From: Eledone cirrhosa
Lineage: Eukaryota
DNA length: 64,000 nucleotides
Direction: 5' to 3'
Assembly (NCBI GenBank): GCA_964016885.1
Contig: OZ024754.1
Location: 14,074,001-14,138,000 of the forward strand
The position numbers were made by a program, and so were the translations under genes. The notes under the pieces were generated by a model. That model was not told where the DNA came from. It saw nothing but the letters and a program-made list of their open reading frames with translations, and ran no database searches. Position 1 is the stretch's first letter; each line of letters begins with the position of its first letter. Below are positions 1 through 47,745 of the stretch, one piece after another.

Positions 1-835
1 GGTAGGTAGGTATGTAGGTAGGTAGGTAGGTAGCTAGGTAGGTAGGTAGGTAGGTAGATAGGTAGGTGGGTAGGTAGGTAGGTAGGTAGGTAGGTAGGTA
101 GGTGGGTAGGTAGGTAGGTAGGTAGGTAGGTAGGTAGGTGGGTAGGTAGGTAGGTAGGTAGGTAGGTAGGTAGGTAGGTAGGTAGGTGGGTAGGTAGGTA
201 GGTAGGTAGGTAGGTAGGTAGGTAGGTAGGTGGTAGGTAAGTAGGTAGGTAGGTGGGTAGGTAGGTAGGTAAGTAGATAGGTAATTGGGTAGGTAGGTAG
301 GTAGGTAGGTAGGTAGGTGGGTAGGTAGGTAGCTAGGGAGGTAGGGAGGTAGGTAGGTAAGTAGATAGGTAGGTGGGTAGGTAGGTAGGTAGGGAGGTAA
401 ATAGGTAGGTAGGTAGGTAGGTAAGTAGGTAGGTACGTGGGTAGGTAGGTAGGTAGGTAGGTAGGTTGGTAGGTAGGTAAGTAGATAGGTAGGTGGGTAG
501 GTAGGTAGGTAGGTAGGTAGGTAGGTAGGTAGGTAGGTAGGTAGGTAGGTAGGTAAGTAGATAGGTAGGTGGGTAGGTAGGGAGGTAGGGAGGTAGGTAG
601 GTAGGTAGGTAGGTAAGTAGATAGGTAGGTGGGTAGGTAGGTAGGTAGGTAGGTTGGTAGGTAGGTAAGTAGATAGGTAGGTGGGTAGGTAGGTGGGTAG
701 GTAGTTAGGTAGGTAGGTAGGTAGGTAGGTAAGTAGGTAGGTAGGTGGGTAGGTAGGTAGGGAGGTAGGTAGGTAGGTAAGTAGATAGGTAAGTAGGTAG
801 GTAGGTTTGTAGGTAGGTAGGTAGGTAAGTAGATA
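1..835. repeat. Variant (GGTA)n tetranucleotide array, continues off the left edge
   Basis: GGTA units with GATA/GGTG/AGTA/GGGA variants; near-identical to 7861-8691. Confidence 0.97.
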
Positions 836-1099
836 TATTTCTTTTATTTGCCACTAGGGCATCAAAAGTGGGACAAGTACAAAGGGGGGAGTTTACACAA
901 AAAGGCGTCCTCAATAAGGAGGAGGCAATAACAAAATATAAAAATAAAATAAGATATAACAAAAAATAACATTTTTAACAAAATCCTCAATAGAGAGGAG
1001 GCGCCTTGGGGGGTCGCACACACCCCCGAAAAAAGTGTGCAACCCTTCTCCTCAGGAGCACAGAGAAGGGGTGCTCCCTTGGTCTTTCATCTTCCTCAC

Positions 1100-4000
1100 C
1101 TATAGTCTGATGTAGAGTGAAGGCCCATTCACACGGGCCATTCTCGCCACTTTCACCCATCTTTCATAGAAACGGCTGGGGTGCAGCACCTCTCTCTCCA
1201 TCCTGATCCTTCTTCCGAAATGATATCGGAAGAAACGGACCAGTTGTTGGCCAGAGAGAAAGGTGCCCGACCTCAGTCCTTTCAGACGCGTCCACCATAC
1301 AACCTCTTTCGCCATGGCTATTACGCACAGAAACACCGCCTCTGCTTCATCTTTGAAGGGGGGAGGCGGCTTGATCATTACAATAGACTCGGTGGTCAAC
1401 CGGATCGGTCCCACCCTTGACAGCAGTTGTTCGACATAGCCCCACAGATCGGCTACGCCCGAGCAGTGTACTAATGCGTGTGCAACGGTTTCCTCGTCGC
1501 ACACGCATCTGGGACAGATCTTTTTGGCGGGGTCCCTACCCGGGCGCCCGTGTCTGTAGAGCCTTTCTCGAACGGGTAAAGCCCCTCGGTAGCACTGCCA
1601 GGCCAGGGACTTCTGGAAGTTGTCCATAGGTCCCGGGCTGAATGTCCTACCGAAAAGGCTGGCCAGTTCGTCCTCCTCCATGTCTAGGGCTTCTCCGAGG
1701 GCGTCGTCGCACCTGCTGCGTACCAGCCCTCTATAGAATGTTGCGGTGGAGTCTCCACTGATAACCGGATCCGCCTGCCAGAGGGCGGTGAGCGCCTGGG
1801 CACACTCAGTGTGCCAGGCGCCCAGTTTTCTCGGTCTTTGCTTGACCCAGGATTGCAGCTCGGTGAGTGAGACGAGTCTGGGAAAGGTTCGTCTCACAAA
1901 CGAGGCCCACACCGGTTGTCCGGTGAGGAATACGTAGAGGTGCCGTAGCCTTAATGCGTGTTTACGCATCATTAGCCACGGCATCCCCAGCCCTCCTTTC
2001 GAAGGGTGTTGACAGCAGATGGATCTCCTCACCATAGGAGCCCGCCTCTTCCAAAGGAATTGGAAGAGCGCGCGCTCCATCTTGGTGAGGGTTTCCCTTG
2101 GGCAGGGCACTACGGTCAGGCGGTAGTAGATGACGGACGCTATGTGGGTGTTCGCCACCTCCGCCCGACCTTTCAGGGATAGTTTGCAACTGGCCCACTT
2201 CTGGGTCAGTGCAAACACTCTGTTCGTAACCTCCGCCCAGTTTTTCTCCACCTGGAGGTCCGGTCCGAACCAGACCCCGAGCAACTTCACCGGGCCCTCC
2301 GTCCAGCGTCCGACGACGCTATCGGAGGGCATCGGTCTGCCCCTCCACGTGCCGAGTTGCAAACCGATCGACTTGTCCCGGTTCAGCTTAGCCCCTGTGA
2401 ACTTTTCGTACTCCTCCAGTAAGGTGCCGACCGCCTCGATTTCGGAGGCCGTCGACACCATTACTGTCACGTCATCGGCGTAGGCCGACACCGCTTTCCG
2501 CAATCCCGGTTCCAAAGGGATGCCCTGCAACAACTCCAACTTCCGCAGTAGTGGCTCGAGAGTCAATACATACAGAAGGGAGGAGAGAGGGCACCCTTGT
2601 CGGATGGACCGCGCGATTTTGAACGGCTCCGAGAGGTAGCCGTTCACCTTGACCCTAGAGCAGATGCGGCTGCTGTGCATAGCAGTGATCCAGCCCCTGA
2701 AAACGGCTCCGAAGCCTGCCGCCGCTAGCACCGCATCCAGGTAACCATGGTCGACCCTATCGAACGCCTTAGATTGATCCAAGTTGATCAGAGCCCCACC
2801 AAAGCCGGGTTCGTTCCCAACCCTCTCTATGATGTATCGCATGAGGTGGAGGTTGTCATGGATGGACCTGGACGGGATAGCGCATGTCTGCGCATCTCCC
2901 ACCAGGTTGCCCACGACAAGCGCCAACCTCTTTGCTAGCACCTTGGCCAAAATCTGTAACTCTGTATTTAGCAGTGTTATGGGCCTGAAGTTACTTATTT
3001 CGTCCCCCTTGTTCTCGTCCTTCCTCACTAGCGTGACTACGCCCTTGGTCACAGTACAGGGAATTCTCCCGTTCTGTTGCCAGTTGCAGTAGACCGCCTC
3101 GAGGAGATCGGGGAACAAGTCCGGCATAGCTAGATATAATTCGTAAGGAAGACCATCGAGACCCGGGGATTTGCGTTTGCCGCATTGGCTCAGCACGTCC
3201 TCTATCTCAGCGGCCGAAATCGGCTCCTCGCAGGACTTCGCCTCCCTGTCCGAGAGGCGCGGCAGGCCGTCGAGGTATGGACCGAAGTCCACGTTCCCAA
3301 CCGGCTCCCCGCCCCTCCCGAACAGTCGGGCAAAGTGCCTTTGAAAGGCCTCACACATCTGCTTAGGCTCAAGAATCGCCCGTCCATCCAGGTCTCGCAA
3401 AGACCGGATGGTGGATTTAGTTCCACTGTTGGCCTCTGTCACGCGGGCCCAGCTAACAGCTTTGGTCCCCTCGTTCCCTAGAGCACGTATTTTACTTCGG
3501 ACAACGCAGCCTTCGTGCTTCGCGTCGAAAAACTGGCTCAAAGCCGTTCTCGACGCTAGCACTCTGGCCACGTCGCCGCTTCTAATTGCCTCTTCTACTC
3601 TATCTATTAGCTCCCTTTCCTTCCTATTCCTATCCGCAGCTAGAACCTTACTAAATTCTATCGAGACTACTCTAACCTCTCTCTTTAGAGATACCCACCA
3701 CCTGCTGTTGACGATCGCTCCAGTCAACCGTTCCTTAACTAACGTACTAATCCGATTCCTGTAGGCTCTACTTGCCGGCAAGGACAAGTTGAGCTTCCAG
3801 TAACCGGGGCCCTGTCTATGAGTTCTGTCAAGGTTGACCATGCAGGTCACTAATTTGTGGTCTGAATAGCCAACAATGCGCATTTTTGGACAACTTAAAA
3901 AGTCCTTATCCTTAATTCTAACTAAGAACCTATCTAGGTACGACCTAGATGATCCGCTACGATTTGCCCAAGTCCAGGTTGGCGCAGTCGGAAAATCTAG

Positions 4001-4537
4001 TCGATATCTATCGGCCAGGTCAAATCGACCGATTAACCCTTTGAGGCTATTACACCCCTCTCTATCGGGGCAGGCCCCTACGTAGTCCCAGCGTGCATCT
4101 AGGATACCATTCCAGTCCCCCACTAATAGCAAGGAGCGGGACGTCCCTAGAAAAGTCTCCAGACGATGGAAGAAGTCCGGCCGCATTGACCCGAAAGGGC
4201 CGTAGGCGGCTACCAACCTAAACGCTCCGCCTTTACCACTGCCAAGGTCCAGAACCACTAGTCGACCCTCCGGGTCCAAATGTACCATCTGTGTTGCGAG
4301 ACCCAGATGTTTTTGCAGCAGAACGACAACTCCACCCCCACCTCCAGGCTGACAGAGAGATGCGTGCATCTCAAAGTCATCAAAGGTGGGGGCCAGCTGT
4401 CGCACGTTGCTGATCCGGGCCTCGCAAATAACCATCACATCTATACGTTGTGACCTGAGGTCATTTAGAAGCATTGCTTGCTTCCAAGTTGAGCCCAGGC
4501 CACGCGCATTTAAACAGCCTACTCTTAGCATAGCCAT
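1100..4537 (-). CDS. Tx1-type ORF2: AP endonuclease + reverse transcriptase + C-terminal CCHC zinc finger (~1145 aa from MAMLRVGCLN)
   Basis: APE motifs LNARGL, GDWN, YLDRF, SDH; GPGYWKLN linker; RT motifs KSPGLDG, NFRPITLLN, DQSKAFDRV, RQGCPLS, AYADD; CPRC-x8-H-x4-C; uninterrupted frame. Confidence 0.96.
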   Translation of the reverse strand: MAMLRVGCLNARGLGSTWKQAMLLNDLRSQRIDVMVICEARISNVRQLAPTFDDFEMHASLCQPGGGGGVVVLLQKHLGLATQMVHLDPEGRLVVLDLGSGKGGAFRLVAAYGPFGSMRPDFFHRLETFLGTSRSLLLVGDWNGILDARWDYVGACPDREGCNSLKGLIGRFDLADRYRLDFPTAPTWTWANRSGSSRSYLDRFLVRIKDKDFLSCPKMRIVGYSDHKLVTCMVNLDRTHRQGPGYWKLNLSLPASRAYRNRISTLVKERLTGAIVNSRWWVSLKREVRVVSIEFSKVLAADRNRKERELIDRVEEAIRSGDVARVLASRTALSQFFDAKHEGCVVRSKIRALGNEGTKAVSWARVTEANSGTKSTIRSLRDLDGRAILEPKQMCEAFQRHFARLFGRGGEPVGNVDFGPYLDGLPRLSDREAKSCEEPISAAEIEDVLSQCGKRKSPGLDGLPYELYLAMPDLFPDLLEAVYCNWQQNGRIPCTVTKGVVTLVRKDENKGDEISNFRPITLLNTELQILAKVLAKRLALVVGNLVGDAQTCAIPSRSIHDNLHLMRYIIERVGNEPGFGGALINLDQSKAFDRVDHGYLDAVLAAAGFGAVFRGWITAMHSSRICSRVKVNGYLSEPFKIARSIRQGCPLSSLLYVLTLEPLLRKLELLQGIPLEPGLRKAVSAYADDVTVMVSTASEIEAVGTLLEEYEKFTGAKLNRDKSIGLQLGTWRGRPMPSDSVVGRWTEGPVKLLGVWFGPDLQVEKNWAEVTNRVFALTQKWASCKLSLKGRAEVANTHIASVIYYRLTVVPCPRETLTKMERALFQFLWKRRAPMVRRSICCQHPSKGGLGMPWLMMRKHALRLRHLYVFLTGQPVWASFVRRTFPRLVSLTELQSWVKQRPRKLGAWHTECAQALTALWQADPVISGDSTATFYRGLVRSRCDDALGEALDMEEDELASLFGRTFSPGPMDNFQKSLAWQCYRGALPVRERLYRHGRPGRDPAKKICPRCVCDEETVAHALVHCSGVADLWGYVEQLLSRVGPIRLTTESIVMIKPPPPFKDEAEAVFLCVIAMAKEVVWWTRLKGLRSGTFLSGQQLVRFFRYHFGRRIRMEREVLHPSRFYERWVKVARMARVNGPSLYIRL

Positions 4538-4561
4538 GTTGGTGGTGAAGAGAAAAGGCAC

Positions 4562-6338
4562 TTACCTCTCTGCGTCCCGGGTATCGGGCTGCACAATTTC
4601 CATTAGGGTGGGGGATGGGTTGTTGGGTGGGGTGGTGGTTTGTGGAAGTGTGGGGGCATCAGTGTGTTGTGTGGTTGGGGAGCTTGGAGTTGTGAGGGTG
4701 TTTGGGGAGGGGGTGGGATAGTTTTTTAGGAGGACTCGGTTAATGGGCCCGACGCAGGGGGGACCCACGTCCTCTTTAAAATTGTTTTTTAAAGTTTTAT
4801 AGGTGTCCTGTGGGGCCTTAATCATTTTGAGGTGGGGGAAATCCCCTGCCTGGGTGAAGTTAGGCCCTTGTGTTTTTATTAGATTGTTGTTGTACACAAT
4901 GTTTAACAGTTTTTTGTTTCTTGTATTTATGTATGTGTATGCATGTTTTTGTTTTTGTGTGGTGTTTTTTGTTTGCTGTTGTGAGCTCTTTTGTGTCAGT
5001 GTTATGTTTTGGGGAGGGGTTTTTTTCATTTGTGTGTCTGAGGTGTGTTTTCTTTTTTTTTCTTTTGATTGTGTGGAAGTGCTCCTCCTCGTCTGACGAC
5101 GAACTAGGGTCATCTTCCGCGTTGGAGGGGAGGGGTATATTTTCGGGTTGTGTTTGCGGTACGGGTGTTTTGGAAATTGTTTTTGTTTTTTGAGTGGAGG
5201 GGATGGGTTGGACATTGTTTTGTTTTGGTTTGAGCTGTGGTGGTTGTTTTTGTAGTGGTTGTTGTGGTGATTGTGTTGGTTGTGCAGTTGTTGGTGGTGT
5301 AGGCAGGATTGGGGTTTTCTTATTAAGTTGGGGACAGACAGCCCTCAGGTGACCTCTGGTTCCGCAGAGGTAACACGAGGGCCGTCTACCCTCAACGGTA
5401 ATGTTGATGAAGGTTAGATCATCCAGTATGACGCGTTCAGGGATCTGGGCGATCCTTTCGGGCCTCATTTGAACTACAAGTTCGAGGCTCGTTCCACTGA
5501 ACGCGTCACCCGATGCCTTTCCCATGGACACCAGCATGTCATCCTCCAGGTCCAGAAAACCTGTCAAAACCCACCATATGTCCATAATCGGCAGGATGGT
5601 GTGGATTTTTATTTTTTGTGTTCTTCTACCCATGTACGTAGGGTAGAAGGTGTATGCGGTGGATGTGATTGGTTTGATGGACAGTTTCACTGCTGTGTCC
5701 CTGTCCTTCATGAGAATGGATAGACTCCCGTAGAGTCTATCCTTCTGAATGAAGGTGATGTCCTTCATGACGTCTTTTAAAACCAGCTCTATCTCGCTCT
5801 GTGATGGTTGAGCTGGTTTTTTACTTTTGTTCGAGATTGTCCTAAACATGACCGTGTTTAGGAGTCTCTGGCTTTTTAGTTCCGGGGGGGAATGGATTGT
5901 GAATGAACCATTTTCCCCGTACACTATATATTTTTTCGCATCCGCCAGTAGCTCCTTCGCTTTTGTTATATCTACTGGCAGATAGTCGAGGGTTTTCCTT
6001 GTCGTCTCGGCGAAGGAGAAATTTTGTTTGTTTGTGTTGTTGTTGTCGTTGGTGGTGTTGTTGTTATCATTGTTGTTGTTGTCACCGTTATTGGTCTTGT
6101 TGTTGTTATTGTTATTGTTATTGGTGTTGTTTTCTACCGTCGCATTGTTGTTGTTGTTGCTGTTGGTTCTTTGGGTTGTTGCCATGGTAACGTCAAGTTG
6201 TCGGTTAACAGGTGGAGAGAATTCTTCCTCTGGCTGACCTATCTTCTTGACCTCTGCTACTGTGACAGTGGCAGGGGGAAGCTGTAAGTTCATCTTCCCC
6301 CTTCCTCCTTCGAATCTTGGTGAAGAAGCTTCGGCCAT
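4562..6338 (-). CDS. Tx1-type ORF1 (gag-like, CCHC zinc knuckle), probably ~590 aa with one frameshift near 4940-5060
   Basis: 492-aa ORF with poly-Asn tract and CYLCGTRGHLRAVC knuckle; overlapping 217-aa ORF in the +1 frame ends with TAA at 4562, 24 nt before the ORF2 ATG. Confidence 0.8.
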
Positions 6339-6545
6339 TTAAAAAAATATTGACTTTTCAACAAGAAAAAACTTTTTTTAACTATTTCGCCCAAAGGCGC
6401 AGAATATTTTGAGAGACTGACCAGATCAAAGTTTGACCTGGCAGTCCCTCTACAAAATGGTACAAAATTTAAAGTTATCAGACAAGAATTTCTATAGAAA
6501 TTTAAACAGAACTTACTCAGCAAGTTATACGCGTGTGTCCATCCC

Positions 6546-8691
6546 AGATAGATAATAGATAGATAGATAAGTAGGTAGGTAGGTGGGTAGGTAGGTAGGT
6601 AGGTAGGTAGGGAGGGAGGTAGGTAGGTAAGTAGGTAGGTAGGTGGGTAGGTAGGTAGATAGGTAGGGAGGTAGGTAGGTAGGTAGGTAGGGAGGGAGGT
6701 AGGTAGGTAAGTAGGTAGGTAGATGGTAGGTAAGTAGGTAGGTAGGTGGGTAGGTAGGTAGGTAGGTAGGTAGGTAGCAGGGTAGGTAGGTAGGTAGGTA
6801 GGTAGGGAGGTAGGTAGGTAGGTAGGTAGGTAAGTAGGTAGGTAGGTGGGTAGGTAGGTAGGTAGGTAGGGAGGTAGGTAGGTAGGTGGGTAGGTAGGTA
6901 GGGAGATAGGTAGGTAGGTGGGTAGGTAGGGAGGTAGGTAGGTAGGTAGGTAGGTAGGTAGGTAGGTAAGTAGGTAGGTAGGTGGTAGGTAGGGAGGTAG
7001 GTAGGTGGGTAGGTAGGGAGGTAGGTAGGTAGGTAGGTAGGTATGTAGGTAGGTAGGTAGGTAGCTAGGTAGGTAGGTAGGTAGGTAGATAGGTAGGTGG
7101 GTAGGTAGGTAGGTAGGTAGGTAGGTAGGTAGGTAGGTAGGTGGGTAGGTAGGTAGGTAGGTAGGTAGGTGGGTAGGTAGGTAGGTAGGTAGGTAGGTAG
7201 GTAGGTAGGTGGTAGGTAAGTAGGTAGGTAGGTGGGTAGGTAGGTAGGTAGGTAGGGAGGTAGGTAGGTAGGTGGGTAGGTAGGTAGGGAGATAGGTAGG
7301 TAGGTGGGTAGGTAGGGAGGTAGGTAGGTAGGTAGGTAGGTAGGTAGGTAGGTAGGTAAGTAGGTAGGTAGGTGGTAGGTAGGGAGGTAGGTAGGTGGGT
7401 AGGTAGGGAGGTAGGTAGGTAGGTAGGTAGGTAGGTAGGTATGTAGGTAGGTAGGTAGGTAGGTAGGTAGGTAGATAGGTAGGTGGGTAGGTAGGTAGGT
7501 AGGTAGGTAGGTAGGTAGGTGGGTAGGTAGGTAGGTAGGTAGGTAGGTAGGTAGGTGGGTAGGTAGGTAGGTAGGTAGGTAGGTAGGTAGGTAGGTAGGT
7601 AGGTGGGTAGGTAGGTAGGTAGGTAGGTAGGTAGGTAGGTGGTAGGTAAGTAGGTAGGTAGGTGGGTAGGTAGGTAGGTAAGTAGATAGGTAATTGGGTA
7701 GGTAGGTAGGTAGGTAGGTAGGTAGGTGGGTAGGTAGGTAGCTAGGGAGGTAGGGAGGTAGGTAGGTAAGTAGATAGGTAGGTGGGTAGGTAGGTAGGTA
7801 GGGAGGTAAATAGGTAGGTAGGTAGGTAGGTAAGTAGGTAGGTACGTGGGTAGGTAGGTAGGTAGGTAGGTATGTAGGTAGGTAGGTAGGTAGCTAGGTA
7901 GGTAGGTAGGTAGGTAGATAGGTAGGTGGGTAGGTAGGTAGGTAGGTAGGTAGGTAGGTAGGTGGGTAGGTAGGTAGGTAGGTAGGTAGGTAGGTAGGTG
8001 GGTAGGTAGGTAGGTAGGTAGGTAGGTAGGTAGGTAGGTAGGTAGGTAGGTGGGTAGGTAGGTAGGTAGGTAGGTAGGTAGGTAGGTAGGTGGTAGGTAA
8101 GTAGGTAGGTAGGTGGGTAGGTAGGTAGGTAAGTAGATAGGTAATTGGGTAGGTAGGTAGGTAGGTAGGTAGGTAGGTGGGTAGGTAGGTAGCTAGGGAG
8201 GTAGGGAGGTAGGTAGGTAAGTAGATAGGTAGGTGGGTAGGTAGGTAGGTAGGGAGGTAAATAGGTAGGTAGGTAGGTAGGTAAGTAGGTAGGTACGTGG
8301 GTAGGTAGGTAGGTAGGTAGGTAGGTTGGTAGGTAGGTAAGTAGATAGGTAGGTGGGTAGGTAGGTAGGTAGGTAGGTAGGTAGGTAGGTAGGTAGGTAG
8401 GTAGGTAAGTAGATAGGTAGGTGGGTAGGTAGGGAGGTAGGGAGGTAGGTAGGTAGGTAGGTAGGTAAGTAGATAGGTAGGTGGGTAGGTAGGTAGGTAG
8501 GTAGGTTGGTAGGTAGGTAAGTAGATAGGTAGGTGGGTAGGTAGGTGGGTAGGTAGTTAGGTAGGTAGGTAGGTAGGTAGGTAGGTAAGTAGGTAGGTAG
8601 GTGGGTAGGTAGGTAGGGAGGTAGGTAGGTAGGTAAGTAGATAGGTAAGTAGGTAGGTAGGTTTGTAGGTAGGTAGGTAGGTAAGTAGATA
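6546..8691. repeat. (GATA)n patch (6546-6570) followed by 2.1-kb variant (GGTA)n array with internal higher-order duplications
   Basis: Landmark variants recur, e.g. gtaattgggt at ~7690 and 8141, aggtacgtgg at ~7840 and 8291. Confidence 0.97.
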
Positions 8692-9481
8692 TATTTCTTT
8701 TATTTGCCACTAGGGCATCAAAAGTGGGACAAGTACAAAGGGGGGAGTTTACACAAAAAGGCGTCCTCAATAAGGAGAAGGCAATAACAAAATATAAAAA
8801 TAAAATAAGATATAACAAAAAATAAAATTTTTAACAAAATCCTCAATAGAGAGGAGGCGCCTTGGGGGGTCGCACACACCCCCGAAAAAAGTGTGCAACC
8901 CTTCTCCTCAGGAGCACAGAGAAGGGGTGCTCCCTTGGTCTTTCATCTTCCTCACCTATAGTCTGATGTAGAGTGAAGGCCCATTCACACGGGCCATTCT
9001 CGCCACTTTCACCCATCTTTCATAGAAACGGCTGGGGTGCAGCACCTCTCTCTCCATCCTGATCCTTCTTCCGAAATGATATCGGAAGAAACGGACCAGT
9101 TGTTGGCCAGAGAGAAAGGTGCCCGACCTCAGTCCTTTCAGACGCGTCCACCATACAACCTCTTTCGCCATGGCTATTACGCACAGAAACACCGCCTCTG
9201 CTTCATCTTTGAAGGGGGGAGGCGGCTTGATCATTACAATAGACTCGGTGGTCAACCGGATCGGTCCCACCCTTGACAGCAGTTGTTCGACATAGCCCCA
9301 CAGATCGGCTACGCCCGAGCAGTGTACTAATGCGTGTGCAACGGTTTCCTCGTCGCACACGCATCTGGGACAGATCTTTTTGGCGGGGTCCCTACCCGGG
9401 CGCCCGTGTCTGTAGAGCCTTTCTCGAACGGGTAAAGCCCCTCGGTAGCACTGCCAGGCCAGGGACTTCTGGAAGTTGTCC
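8692..9481 (-). mobile_element. 5'-truncated copy (790 bp) of the Tx1 element
   Basis: Matches 836-1625 with about 2 differences seen; 42-bp direct repeat 8650-8691 / 9487-9528 containing the rare gtttgt variant. Confidence 0.95.
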
Positions 9482-9840
9482 GTAGATAGGTAGGTAGGTT
9501 TGTAGGTAGGTAGGTAGGTAAGTAGATAGGTAGGTAGGTAAGTAGGTAGGTAGGTAGGTGGGTAGGTGGGTAGATAGGTAGGTAGGTAAGTAGGTAGGTA
9601 GATGGGTAGGTAGGTAGGTAGGTAGGTAGGAAGGGAGGGAGGTAGGTATGTAGATAGGTAGGTAGGTAGGCTGGTATGTAGATAGGTAGGTAAGTTGGTA
9701 GGTAAGTAGGTAGGTAGGTAGGTAACTATGTAGGTAGGTATGTTGGTAGGTAACTAGGTAGGGAGGTAGTTAGGTAAGTAGGTAGGTAGGTGGGTAGGTA
9801 GGTGGGTAGGTAGGTAACTAGGTAAGTAGGTAGGTAGATA
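9482..9840. repeat. Degenerating (GGTA)n array end
   Basis: Direct reading. Confidence 0.95.
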
Positions 9841-10116
9841 TGTAAAGAAATAAAGAGTATAAAAGAGAGGTATGATAAAATAAGTACCGAATTTCCTGGC
9901 ACCAGAGACACTTCGTCCCTGAGGACACACCCTAATTTTAACAACCACAAATTAAAAAAAAAATAATAAACAACCTTCGTCCTCCAGGAACATGGTAGAT
10001 TTTTTAGACTTTTTTTAGGGGCAAAGTAGCGTGTTCGATGCCGGGAAATATGGTAGATAAAATGAAAATAAGATATATAAAGAGATAAAGAAAAGGCGAG
10101 ATAAAGTTTAAAATAC

Positions 10117-46882
<36,766 letters not shown>

Positions 46883-47099
46883 GTCTTCGGTGTCTTTTAC
46901 TTCAGATCCCTTTAACTCTAATTCTTCAGATTTCTGAATATACAAATGATAAAAGAAGGGGGTAATCTATTGTCCAATTTCATGGAATATCATTAAAGTG
47001 TTTTATATTTAGCTTCTTTATTATAGTTGATATTGTTGTTGTATTTGAATATTTCATCCGGGTTATGGTTAAATTCCAATGATATTGACTTAACAGTGA

Positions 47100-47745
47100 T
47101 GTTGTTAATGGTGGTGGTGGTGGTGTTGGTGGTGTTGGTGTTGGTGGTGTTGGTGTTGGTGGCGTTGGCGTTGGTGGTGGTGGTGGGGTGTTGGTGGTGG
47201 TAGTGGCGTTTGTGGAGGTTGTGATGGTGTTGGGGTGTTGGGATGGGTCTTGGTGGTGGAGGGGGAATTTGTGTGGGTATATTTAGTGATGGATGGCGTT
47301 GGTGGTGGTGGTGATCGTGTTGGTGGGGGTGATTGTGGTGGTTGTAGTGGTGGTGGTGGTGGTGGTGGTGGTGGTGGTGATGGTGGTAATGGTGGTGTTG
47401 GTGGTGGTGGTGGTGGTGGTGGTGGTGGTGGTGGTGGTGGTGGTGGTGGTGGTGGTGGTGGTGGTGGTGACGGTGGTGGTGGTGGTGGTGGTGGTGGCTG
47501 TGGTGTTGGTGGTGGTGGTTGCAGTGGTGGCTATGGTGGTGGTGGTGGTGATTGTGGTGGTGGTGGTGGTGATGGTGGTGGTGGTGATGGTGGTGGTGGT
47601 GGTGGAGATGGTGGTGGTGGTGGTGGTGGTGGTGGTGGTGGTGGTGGTGGTGGTGGTGGTGGAGATGGTGGTGGTGGTGGTAGTGGTGTTGATGGTGGTG
47701 GTGGTGGTGGTGGTAGTGGTGTTGATGGTGGTGGTGGTGCTGATG
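47100..47745. repeat. (GGT)n array
   Basis: Direct reading. Confidence 0.95.

Larger units (their letters stand above)
836..6545 (-). mobile_element. Full-length Tx1/L1-group non-LTR retrotransposon (~5.7 kb)
   Basis: 5' end GGGATGGACACACG at 6545, ~200-nt 5'UTR, ORF1 with zinc knuckle, intact APE-RT-CCHC ORF2, 264-nt 3'UTR ending AATAAAAGAAATA with no poly(A); microsatellite on both sides. Confidence 0.93.

Noticed and set aside
1181-6287. Plus-strand ORFs antisense to Tx1 ORF1/ORF2
   Set aside because: Shadow ORFs with no recognisable motifs.
7742-8818. 358-aa (PTYL)n ORF, and the similar ORF at 705-962
   Set aside because: Translation of (TACC)n microsatellite from a non-ATG start in the element's 3'UTR; no coding evidence.
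1-9840. Telomere or interstitial telomeric repeat
   Set aside because: The unit is GGTA, not TTAGGG or TTAGG, and the array lies within a gene intron.
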